Source: Rickettsiales bacterium
Lineage (GTDB): Bacteria; Pseudomonadota; Alphaproteobacteria; Rickettsiales; UBA6187
Direction of reading: 5' to 3'
DNA: 64,000 nucleotides
Assembly (NCBI GenBank): GCA_040507985.1
Contig: JBEVNR010000057.1
Location: 14,128-78,127 of the forward strand
Shown here: positions 45,815 through 54,183 of the stretch, one piece after another
Layout of the letters: every line of letters begins with the position of its first letter
How positions within the stretch are numbered: position 1 is the first letter of the stretch
Program-made: the position numbers and the translations under genes
The notes under the pieces: generated by a model
Database searches by the model: none
The model's input: only the letters and a program-made list of their open reading frames with translations
Told to the model about the DNA's origin: nothing

Positions 45815-45947
45815 ATATATAACAAGTATGTTTCAACTTTTCTAACGTCAGCGCCCGCGTTTTTTCGCCTTTTAAAGACGCGCGACTCCCCAACCTAAAA
45901 AACAGGGCACCTTCACGTCAGCATAAAGAGGAAAAGATAAGGAAGGG

Positions 45948-46334
45948 TTAACCGAGTAAAGGAGGGAGGCGAATAAAAAAGCGTCGGATTGACCCGTTTA
46001 GGCGCCTATGGTAAATACGCCTTACGCGTTTTCGCAGCAGATAGTCTTCCTTCGCTATGGCGTCGCGGCTTTTAGGTTTCTTGGCGATTCGCTTGGGATA
46101 CACTTTTTCGAGAGCAAAAACGTGCAGACCTCGCGTCGCCGCCGTCTTGGCGCAGAATTTCCCGACGGCAGGAGACAGACGATCCCATCCGTCTTCGCCT
46201 TCCATGTGATTGAACTCGGAAAAATGTTTAATCGTCGCCGCAATGCGGCTTGCTTCAAAAAAATTATCGGTCACGAATGTAGCGCTCTCTCCAAGAAGTC
46301 TGCTTCCTCCTGCAACGACGGCGCCTATAGACAA
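45948..46334 (-). CDS. Hypothetical protein directly upstream of, and co-oriented with, the giant gene
   Basis: 128-aa ORF in the AT-rich spacer with no recognisable motif and a basic C-terminal tail. It competes with an overlapping plus-strand ORF (46008..46397) that looks less protein-like. Confidence 0.3.
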   Translation of the reverse strand: MSIGAVVAGGSRLLGESATFVTDNFFEASRIAATIKHFSEFNHMEGEDGWDRLSPAVGKFCAKTAATRGLHVFALEKVYPKRIAKKPKSRDAIAKEDYLLRKRVRRIYHRRLNGSIRRFFIRLPPLLG

Positions 46335-46532
46335 GTTGACGGCGTCGACATAAAGTTTCTCAATATTGCTCGAGCGTATGCCGGAATTGCTAATTAACGA
46401 TTGACTATCTGCTTATAATAAATTATTATTAATAATAATCCATTCATCCGCTTACAGCCTGCCATATTCGCCGCTCTTCCTCGCTTACGCTCCGAACGTC
46501 TTTCCATTATATCGTCGCGCCGGTTCGCTACG

Positions 46533-47147
46533 ATGTTCTCTCCATACGGATTGTTCACGATGGACAGATTCCTAAATGCGGTTCGCCATATCCCGACAAT
46601 GCTTGCCGCCATAGCGAAGTTTTGTCTTCGGTGGTTAGCTTTCCCGGTTTTCGACCTCAGGCCATCCCGCATTCTTCTTCCCACGCATTCTCGAATAGGA
46701 TATGGGATCGTTGGTATGCTGACATGGATTGTTTATCTTTTGCGAGCAATCGCAAAAACGTTTGTAGATAAATATGTGCTCCTCATATGTATTTTGGTTT
46801 CCTTGGGCGTCGTCTGTGGTTTATTGCTATGGACCGAGATTTACCATCTTAGATGGAAAAGACCGTTCAGAGAAGCGATCAAAGTGCAATATATCTTTCG
46901 TACCGCATGGTTAATCAGTCTGGGCGTCGTATATATATTGTATGCATTAAGCGATCTCCGCAATGCTCCGCCTATCGCCGTTCCGATTGTCACAATCGTC
47001 CTGATAGTCTTATCTTTTGCATGTTACGTCGTTATAGCGCGGTCTTTATTGCCAAAATATTTCTGGAACAAACAAGAAAGAATTCGAGCTTATGCAATAC
47101 AGAATCAATCGGAAGCAGAACGTCAATGGCCTACAAATCGCAATTGA
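46533..47147 (+). CDS. Hypothetical multi-pass membrane protein (AT-rich ORFan)
   Basis: 204-aa ORF with about 4 hydrophobic helices. No family recognised. Confidence 0.45.
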   Translation: MFSPYGLFTMDRFLNAVRHIPTMLAAIAKFCLRWLAFPVFDLRPSRILLPTHSRIGYGIVGMLTWIVYLLRAIAKTFVDKYVLLICILVSLGVVCGLLLWTEIYHLRWKRPFREAIKVQYIFRTAWLISLGVVYILYALSDLRNAPPIAVPIVTIVLIVLSFACYVVIARSLLPKYFWNKQERIRAYAIQNQSEAERQWPTNRN

Positions 47148-47292
47148 AAGATTTATGAAAAAAGGAACGTTGCCAAACGTTCGCAAGAGGAGGAGAAGGG
47201 GAAAAATGGCGCGCGGCGCCGTTTTTTCCCTTCTCCTTTTTTATTCCGCGCATTTTACCTTCGCCGCGCGATCAAATCTTTATTGAAAACGG

Positions 47293-48672
47293 ATGCGCCG
47301 CGCGTTATGGGTAACATATTGCACCTTAAAGCGGCCCATCATGTTTGACGCGACACAATTTTTATATTTTCTTGAGCGCCGCGCGACGCTGCTTGCGAAC
47401 GACGTCGCCATATGGTTTAAAGACCCGGCCAGCTATTTTCAATTTCCGCTCATCGCCGCCTCCGTCGCCTTGGCATGGATAGGCTCCAGGGTGCTGCGGC
47501 GGCGTTTCTCCCTGTTGCGCGAACCGGAGCCTATAGTGCGCCGCTTTTCGCGCGGCTGGTTTGTCGGGCGCGCCGGGCGGCTCATTTTCCCGCTGCTCGC
47601 CATGATATGCTTCGCCTTGTCGGAAGAGGTGATGACGCTTTCCACCTCGCGCTACATGCTTGTTCAGGCGGCGGAGCGGGTGGCGGTCGTGTGGCTGCTA
47701 TGGGTGACGCTGCGGGCCTTCGTCACCAACATGCTGGTGCGCGCCGTGGGCGTGTGGATATTGGTGCCGGCGGCCTTGCTGCAACTGTTCGGCCTGTTCG
47801 GTCCGGCGGCGGCGCAATTAAACCAATACGGCGTAACGCTAGGGCAGGTACACATCACCGCCTATACCGTCATCAAAGCCATTTTCATCGTCAGCCTGGT
47901 GGTGTGGATCGGGCAAATCATCAGCCGCACCGCCGAAAGCCGCATTCGTCGCAACATGGCCATCAGCCGGCCGACGCAAGAATTGTTGATAAAATTATTC
48001 GACATTCTGCTCTATCTCGCGCTGGGCATGACGACGCTTAACCTGCTGGGCATCGACCTCACGGCGCTGGCGGTGTTTAGCGGGGCGCTCGGCGTGGGGC
48101 TGGGGTTCGGATTGCAGAAAATCGCGTCCAATTTCATCAGCGGCATTATCTTGCTCACCGAAAAATCGATCAACATCAATAACCTGATCGAGATGGACGA
48201 CGGGGTTTCCGGCTACGTGCGCAAGCTGGGCGCGCGCGCCAGCGTGGTGGAGACGTTCGACGGCAAGGAAGTGATGGTGCCGAACGAAGACTTCATCACG
48301 TCGCGCGTCGCCAACTTAACGCACACCACCTCGCGCGGACGGGTGGACGTGCCCGTTCAGGTCGCCTACGGCAGCGATTTGCGGCTTGTGCAACGCCTGA
48401 TGCTGGGCGCGGCGCAAAACAGCCCCCACGCCTCGAAAGAAGAGGAATTGACGCCACAATGCTTTCTGCGCGCCTTCGGCGAAAGTTCGGTGAATTTTCT
48501 ACTGACCTTTTGGCTGGACGACGTCACCCAAGGACGCTGGCGCGCGCAAAGCGACGTGATGTTCGAAATATGGGAGAGCTTTACAGCCCATAACGTTCAG
48601 ATTCCCTTTCCCCAACGCGACGTCTACATACGCAGCGCGCCGAAAGAGATGGCGCCGCCGCGCACGGTGTAG
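47293..48672 (+). CDS. Mechanosensitive ion channel family protein (MscS-like)
   Basis: 459 aa with N-terminal TM helices. The pore-lining/MscS core ..GALGVGLGFGLQKIASNFISGIILLTEKSI.. is followed by a beta-domain. The start could be the internal Met at 47341. Confidence 0.9.
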   Translation: MRRALWVTYCTLKRPIMFDATQFLYFLERRATLLANDVAIWFKDPASYFQFPLIAASVALAWIGSRVLRRRFSLLREPEPIVRRFSRGWFVGRAGRLIFPLLAMICFALSEEVMTLSTSRYMLVQAAERVAVVWLLWVTLRAFVTNMLVRAVGVWILVPAALLQLFGLFGPAAAQLNQYGVTLGQVHITAYTVIKAIFIVSLVVWIGQIISRTAESRIRRNMAISRPTQELLIKLFDILLYLALGMTTLNLLGIDLTALAVFSGALGVGLGFGLQKIASNFISGIILLTEKSININNLIEMDDGVSGYVRKLGARASVVETFDGKEVMVPNEDFITSRVANLTHTTSRGRVDVPVQVAYGSDLRLVQRLMLGAAQNSPHASKEEELTPQCFLRAFGESSVNFLLTFWLDDVTQGRWRAQSDVMFEIWESFTAHNVQIPFPQRDVYIRSAPKEMAPPRTV

Positions 48673-48765
48673 TCGAGGGAATGACGAAGGAGAGAATCTT
48701 TAATTCGTTAATTTATAAAATTACCCTATGGTCGGCATATCTCTTACGAATTAACGATTAAGCAA

Positions 48766-49626
48766 TTATTCCGTGGCGGCCCCTAATATTTCCGCATGCA
48801 AGCGCAAGTGGGAATCCATAAAGCTCTGGACGAAAAAATACCCGTGGTCGTATCCTTCCCGCATGTTCAGCGCCAGATCTATGCCGGCGGCGCGGCAGAC
48901 GCGCTCCAACTCGTTCGGCATAAGGTTTCCTTTGGACAAAAACGGATCGTCGGTTCCCTGATCGACCAAAAGCCGCGCTCCGTCCGCGAAGCGGAAGCCG
49001 CTTTCTATCAGGCGGCACGCGTCGTGTTTTTCTCCGGCGCGCGCCGATCCAAGATACGCCGGAAAGATTTTTTCTCCCCACGCGCATTTCGTCGGGGCGC
49101 ATATCGGCGCGAAGGCCGAGACGCTGCGGTATAGGCGGGGATGCTTCAGGGCCAGCGTCAGCGCGCCGTGGCCGCCCATTGAATGCCCAAATATGCCGAC
49201 GCGACCTAAATCAACGGGGAAGTTCTGCGCCGCGACGTCGCGTAAATCGCCCGTGACGTAGCTTTCCATTCGGTAATGTTTGTTCCAAGGCTCCTCCGTC
49301 GCATCAATATAGAACCCGGCGCCCGTTCCTATGTCGTCGCGGTCTTCGTCGGGAATTCCATCTCCCCTGGGAGAGGTGTCCGGAGCGACGACGATCAATC
49401 CGAGTTCCTCCGCCCGGCGATACGCCCCCGCCTTGACGGTGAAGTTTTCTTCCGTGCAGGTGAGGCCGGAGAGGTAGAATAGCGTCGGCAGCTTTCCTCC
49501 CTTCTTCGCGCGCGAAGGGATAAATATCGTGAATCGCATGTCGCAGGCGGTCTCCTCGGAGCGATGGACGACGTAAGAAAGCCGCCCCCCGAAGCATATA
49601 TGCGAAGAAACGACGCGCATAAGCAC
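48766..49626 (-). CDS. fghA: S-formylglutathione hydrolase (esterase D)
   Basis: 286 aa, colinear with FrmB/YeiG: ..LFYLSGLTCTEENF.., ..VAPDTSPRG.., nucleophile elbow GHSMGGHGAL, ..EGYDHGYFF... Confidence 0.92.
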   Translation of the reverse strand: MLMRVVSSHICFGGRLSYVVHRSEETACDMRFTIFIPSRAKKGGKLPTLFYLSGLTCTEENFTVKAGAYRRAEELGLIVVAPDTSPRGDGIPDEDRDDIGTGAGFYIDATEEPWNKHYRMESYVTGDLRDVAAQNFPVDLGRVGIFGHSMGGHGALTLALKHPRLYRSVSAFAPICAPTKCAWGEKIFPAYLGSARAGEKHDACRLIESGFRFADGARLLVDQGTDDPFLSKGNLMPNELERVCRAAGIDLALNMREGYDHGYFFVQSFMDSHLRLHAEILGAATE

Positions 49627-49734
49627 GCTACCTTTTTTTATGTAAGCTGCCTAGCGACAGGCTAGCGTCATTATGCCGCGAACGTCTCCTGTCCGTCATC
49701 CGTCGCGGCGCGAAAAACGTTCCCGTAAACTATC

Positions 49735-51183
49735 CTAGCGTCGCAACGCCAAGTCAAGTCGTTCTATCGCCTTATCGAGTTCTGCGTCGGTTTTTCGCAA
49801 AAGATCGATGCGCTTGACGGCATGCATGACGGTCGTGTGGTCTTTTTTCTCGAATTTACGGCTTATTTCTCCAAGGCTGCGGGTCGTTAGGCGTTTGCAT
49901 AGATACATGGCGACTTGACGCGGCAGGACGATATTCTTCGTGCGTCCGCTAGAAAGCAGATCGGCCTGCGCCACTCCGTAATATTCCGCCACTTTTTTCT
50001 GCACGTCGGCGACGGACGGAACGACGGAAGCGGCGGCGTCGGCGCGCGGCATGTCGCTTAAAATATTTTCCGCCGATTCGCGGGTGACGCGGCGGTTCAG
50101 CAACACGGCGTGGGCGATCACGCGATTTAGCGCACCTTCCAAATCGCGTACGCTGCCCGCGATTTTTTCCGCGAGCAACGCCATCACCTCGTCGTCAACG
50201 CCGACATGGGGATAGCGGCCGCATTTGTCTTCCAGCAACTTATAGCGCAGCGCGTAGCAGGGCGCGCGCATTCCCACGGTCAGTCCTCCTCCGAGGCGCG
50301 ATTGCAGCCTGGGATTTAACCCCTCCAACATGTGCGGAGGACGGTCGGCGGCGACGACCACGCGCTTGTTATGGTCGAGCAGGGCGGTCAGCGTATGGAA
50401 AAACTCTTCCTGCGTGTTATTTTTTCCGCAAATGAATTGCACGTCATCGACGATAAACATGTCGACGTTGCGAAAATCTTCCTTAAAGCGCATCGCCTCC
50501 TTGTTTCTCAGCGCGGTAACGTAATGGAACATAAATTTTTCCGCCGACATGTACACGGTACGCAACTCCGGGCGCTCTTCGCGCATGCGATGGGCGATTG
50601 CTTGCAGCAGATGCGTTTTTCCTAGCCCTACGGCGCCGTACAGAAACAACGACTCCGCTCCCGGCCAGGCGTCGGTCGATTCGCACACGGCGTGCGCGGC
50701 CTGGTACGCCATTTTATTCCCCCCTCCGACAATAAATCGGTCGAAACGCATGGAAGGACTAAGCGGCGAGGAGCATTCTTCCGTTTTGGCGTCGTCAGGG
50801 ATTATGGGAAGAGGTTCCGCGTTTGCCAAGGTCGGACGCTCGGCGGCGGCCACCTCTATCCGAACGATCACGTGACGGCCGGCGGCCTCGCGCGCCGCGC
50901 CTTGAATTTTACGGGCGTAGTGCGTGTGTATCCAATCGCGGACGAAGCGGGACGGCGCGGACAGCACCATTTCCGCCGGCGTCGACGCCACGCAGTCGAG
51001 CTGCGACAACCAATTGCCGTAGACCGATTCGCCAAGCGTGCGGCGAAGCGTGGCGGCCACCGACGGCCATAGGTCGGGGCAATAGGTTTCCGTTGCGTCG
51101 TACGACGCAACCGTTGCTAATCTCGGCATGAATCTTCTCGCTCCTCTCGCGCTTTGGCATACCTTTCGGCATATCCTAAACAT
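49735..51183 (-). CDS. dnaA: Chromosomal replication initiator protein DnaA
   Basis: 482 aa with Walker A GAVGLGKTHLL, box VII/sensor regions and the C-terminal DNA-binding ..DHTTVMHAVKRI... The true start may be the internal Met at 51129 (MPRLATV..). Confidence 0.95.
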   Translation of the reverse strand: MFRICRKVCQSARGARRFMPRLATVASYDATETYCPDLWPSVAATLRRTLGESVYGNWLSQLDCVASTPAEMVLSAPSRFVRDWIHTHYARKIQGAAREAAGRHVIVRIEVAAAERPTLANAEPLPIIPDDAKTEECSSPLSPSMRFDRFIVGGGNKMAYQAAHAVCESTDAWPGAESLFLYGAVGLGKTHLLQAIAHRMREERPELRTVYMSAEKFMFHYVTALRNKEAMRFKEDFRNVDMFIVDDVQFICGKNNTQEEFFHTLTALLDHNKRVVVAADRPPHMLEGLNPRLQSRLGGGLTVGMRAPCYALRYKLLEDKCGRYPHVGVDDEVMALLAEKIAGSVRDLEGALNRVIAHAVLLNRRVTRESAENILSDMPRADAAASVVPSVADVQKKVAEYYGVAQADLLSSGRTKNIVLPRQVAMYLCKRLTTRSLGEISRKFEKKDHTTVMHAVKRIDLLRKTDAELDKAIERLDLALRR

Positions 51184-51581
51184 TTTACGCTATCGCCGCG
51201 TTTTTATGCGGCGCGCGCAGGAAGAAAGACATGACGCCTTCTTCCCCGCGCAATCGCGACGTTGCTTTAAAAAGGCAAAAACCACCTGCTTCGCCTTGCC
51301 GTAAAAACGGCAAGAACGATGCGGAGCGCATGTTTCGCCTTGTCGTAAAAGGAAAGGGAAAGCGTCCTCAGCGCCTTCATTTCCTTAGGTCAAGGCAAAA
51401 AATACGGTTGCGACCGCGTCCGTTAAAAGGCGGGGTACGCTTGGTGACGTCAACGTAAAATGCGGTGTTATTGTTACTAAAATACCGAATTAACCCGGCA
51501 AAACCGTAGTTTTACGGAAGGTTTCGGCGCCTTATGCAGTGTCCTCGGCCAAAATTAATGACGCCATTTTTCCCGTCCGTA

Positions 51582-51618
51582 AACCGTTTTTTTTCCCTTA
51601 ACGAAAAAAAAAACGGTT
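51582..51618. repeat. A/T-tract inverted repeat in the divergent dnaA/ABC-F intergenic region
   Basis: AACCGTTTTTTTT (51582-51594), a 9-nt spacer, then AAAAAAAAAACGGTT (51604-51618). This is a potential 13-bp stem. It lies between divergently transcribed genes, so a terminator role is unlikely. Confidence 0.4.
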
Positions 51619-51816
51619 GACGCCGCCGGGCTTACCTATGGCGCGCGGGAGGCGGAAAACCTATAAAAATCAATAAACTAAAGCGTTTACGGATAAAGAA
51701 TTATCACGTCCGTTAATGCGCTTCCGGAAGGGAGGGAGAAGATATTTTTGCGTTCGACAAAAATCGGCGATACGGTATAGTCGACGCGTAAACGTCGTTA
51801 TTCGGAGAATCCATTC

Positions 51817-53652
51817 TTGCCTGCCCCCATCCTTTCCATTCGCGACGCCTGCGTCCGCTTCGATAAAAACTATTTATTTGAAAATTTGTCGCTCACCGTC
51901 TGCGAAGGCGATAAAATTGCGCTCGTCGGCAAGAACGGCGCGGGGAAAACCACGCTTATTAACGTCATTACCGGAAAATGCGAGCCGGAGACGGGCGAGC
52001 GGCAGGAAAAGGCGGGGCTGACGGTCGGGTATTTGTCCCAAGACATTCTTGCCCTGCCGCGCGACGGCACGGTGCGCGCATATGTTCTCTCCGGCATGAA
52101 GGAAGAGAACCGGGGAGAGGATTCCGCCTACATGATCGACATGGCGGTGCGTCCGTTAGGGCTAGACCCCGAAGCGTCGATGGCCACTCTCTCCGGCGGC
52201 AACATTCGCCGCGCGGCTTTGGCAAGGGCGCTGGCGGAGCAGCCGGACATTTTGCTGCTCGACGAGCCGACCAACCACCTAGATTTAGAGACGATATTGT
52301 GGCTGGAGTCGTATCTTGCCGGTTACGGAGGCGCGCTGCTGTGCATCAGCCACGACCGAGCGTTTCTGGCCGGCGTCACCAACCGCGTGTTTTGGCTGGA
52401 CAGGGGAAGGCTGCGCGTCTGCGCCAAGGGATTCGCCCATTTTGAAACATGGGCGCAGGAATTGCTCGACAACGAGGCGCGCGAGCTGCATAACCGCGAA
52501 AAAACGCTCGTCGGCGAGCTGGAATGGGCAAATCGCGGCGTAAAGGCGCGGCGTAAGCGCAACGTGCGCCGCCTGGAAATGGCGAAGGAGGAAAAAGACC
52601 GGCTCGAAAGGGATCAAGCCTCGTACCGCAAGGCGACGCGGCGCCTGAAAATTCCGACCGTCGAGGCCGACGAAGGATCGCGCATGCTGGCCGAGTTTTA
52701 CCGCGTCGACAAGCATTTCGACGACAGAAAAATTTTGGAAAAATTTAGCCTTAAAATCCAAATTACCGACCGCATCGGCGTCATCGGCAAAAACGGCGCC
52801 GGAAAAACCACGTTTCTGCGCCTGCTCACGGGGGAGGAAGAGCAGGACGCGGGAAAAATCAAGCGCGCGCTCAATTTGCGCACGTCCTATTTCGAGCAAC
52901 ACGCCATGCCGCCCAAGCCGCACGCGACGGTGAAGGAAATTTTATGCCCGGAAGGAGGCGATTATTTAGAGGCGCACGGAAAAACGCGCCACGTCTGCGG
53001 CTACTTAAAAGACTTCATGTTCGATCCGAAAGACGCGGAATCGCCGTTTCTATCGCTCTCCGGCGGACAGCGCAACCGGTTGATGCTGGCGAAAACGCTG
53101 GCGAAGCCGGGCAATTTGCTCATTCTCGACGAGCCAACCAACGATCTGGACGCCGACACTCTCGACAATTTGCAGGACATCATCAACGCCTATGGCGGCG
53201 GATTGGTAATCGTCAGCCACGATCGAGACTTTCTCGACCGCACCGTCGATAAAATCATGGCGTTCGAGGGCGAGGGCGTCGTCGACGTCTATAACGGCGG
53301 CTATAGCGACTATCTGGCGGCAAGGGAACGCGCGGAGGAAGCGGCGAAGGCGGAAGAGAAAAAGCAACGCGCTCCCCTTTTTGCTTCCGTCGTGAAAGAA
53401 CCGGTAAGGGAACCGGCGAAAAAACTTTCCTACACCCTGCAACGCGAATGGGAAAATCTTCCCGGGGAAATAGAAAAACTGGAGCGAGAAAAACGCGATC
53501 TCGACGTCGCCCTGGCCGACGGAGACTTTTATAACCGCGACCCGGACGGATTCGACAAGGCGGTGAAAGACTATGACCGCATTAAAAAAACGCTCGACGA
53601 GAAGGAAAATCGCTGGCTGGAGTTGGAGGAAATGCGCGAAGAAAAAAAATGA
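51817..53652 (+). CDS. ABC-F family ATPase (Uup-like, tandem ABC domains with C-terminal coiled coil)
   Basis: 611 aa with two Walker A sites (GKNGAGKTT twice), two LSGG signatures and a Lys/Glu-rich C-terminal tail. It starts at TTG 51817. Confidence 0.9.
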   Translation: MPAPILSIRDACVRFDKNYLFENLSLTVCEGDKIALVGKNGAGKTTLINVITGKCEPETGERQEKAGLTVGYLSQDILALPRDGTVRAYVLSGMKEENRGEDSAYMIDMAVRPLGLDPEASMATLSGGNIRRAALARALAEQPDILLLDEPTNHLDLETILWLESYLAGYGGALLCISHDRAFLAGVTNRVFWLDRGRLRVCAKGFAHFETWAQELLDNEARELHNREKTLVGELEWANRGVKARRKRNVRRLEMAKEEKDRLERDQASYRKATRRLKIPTVEADEGSRMLAEFYRVDKHFDDRKILEKFSLKIQITDRIGVIGKNGAGKTTFLRLLTGEEEQDAGKIKRALNLRTSYFEQHAMPPKPHATVKEILCPEGGDYLEAHGKTRHVCGYLKDFMFDPKDAESPFLSLSGGQRNRLMLAKTLAKPGNLLILDEPTNDLDADTLDNLQDIINAYGGGLVIVSHDRDFLDRTVDKIMAFEGEGVVDVYNGGYSDYLAARERAEEAAKAEEKKQRAPLFASVVKEPVREPAKKLSYTLQREWENLPGEIEKLEREKRDLDVALADGDFYNRDPDGFDKAVKDYDRIKKTLDEKENRWLELEEMREEKK

Positions 53653-53964
53653 TTTTTTTATAAGGGTTTTATCTCGGAATCCGGCCCGTAAAAAAACAAA
53701 CGCAAAGCAAAAAAGCATGGAGTCAAGAGCCTAACAATATTAATTTCATGCTTAGAGATTGTATGGCTTCGTACAATCCGGCCGGAGGGCGAGGGAAAAA
53801 TTGACGAGGAAACGGAGCGATTTTTTATTGGATTCTTCCGCGCCGGCATAGTATGCTGCAGCGCTTGCATTTTTTGGCGACGCCGGGAAATGCAACGATA
53901 AACACCATGTTCGCGCGTTCGTAAGGAACGCGGCGAGATAAGATATAATGGAGAATGCATCGCC

Positions 53965-54177
53965 ATGGCCGTACCTAAGCGAAAAACATCGAAGTCAAAA
54001 CGCAACATGCGCCGCTCTCACCACGCGCTTAAGCCCGTCAATCTGGTGGTCGACAAGGAAAGCGGCGAGTATCGCCTTCCGCATCGCCTTGACGTGAAGA
54101 GCGGCACCTATAACGGTCGCCAGATTATCGTCGACAATTCGCCGAAGAACGACGAAGGCGACGCCGACGCTGCGTAG
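53965..54177 (+). CDS. rpmF: 50S ribosomal protein L32
   Basis: 70 aa beginning [23 protein letters not shown], the canonical L32 N-terminus. GGAG lies upstream. plsX-fabH follow. Confidence 0.95.
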   Translation: MAVPKRKTSKSKRNMRRSHHALKPVNLVVDKESGEYRLPHRLDVKSGTYNGRQIIVDNSPKNDEGDADAA

Positions 54178-54183
54178 CGCCGC

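Noticed and set aside
8492-45814. The giant protein as an RTX/Bap-type T1SS adhesin, NRPS/PKS or Rhs toxin.
   Set aside because: It has no tandem GGxGxD nonapeptides, no C-terminal secretion signal and no adjacent ABC/MFP/TolC genes. It has no adenylation/KS/ACP motifs and no YD repeats. The only targeting feature is the N-terminal prepilin-like signal.
8672-45845. Dozens of 60-270-aa ORFs in the other five frames inside the giant gene (e.g. 28484..29272 +, 41654..42463 +, 24890..25615 +, 38652..39242 -).
   Set aside because: They are Arg/Gly/Pro/Ala-rich with no motifs and are fully nested in the 12,440-codon frame. They are the expected off-frame products of GC-rich coding DNA. The conserved periodic motifs exist only in the giant frame.
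46008-46397. A plus-strand 129-aa ORF upstream of the giant gene.
   Set aside because: It overlaps the minus-strand ORF 45948..46334 almost completely. Its translation is less protein-like (Arg runs, no hydrophobic core pattern). Neither ORF is strongly supported, and only the co-oriented one is listed, at low confidence.
51231-51458. A 75-aa plus-strand ORF in the dnaA upstream spacer.
   Set aside because: It is a basic, low-complexity translation in a region better explained as a regulatory spacer with repeated CGTAAA motifs. No motif or RBS was recognised.
51184-51816. Canonical DnaA boxes (TTATCCACA/TGTGGATAA) or CtrA sites (TTAA-N7-TTAA) that would mark oriC.
   Set aside because: Only a 7/9 DnaA-box match was found by eye, and no convincing CtrA site. 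An origin call is not supportable from this window alone.
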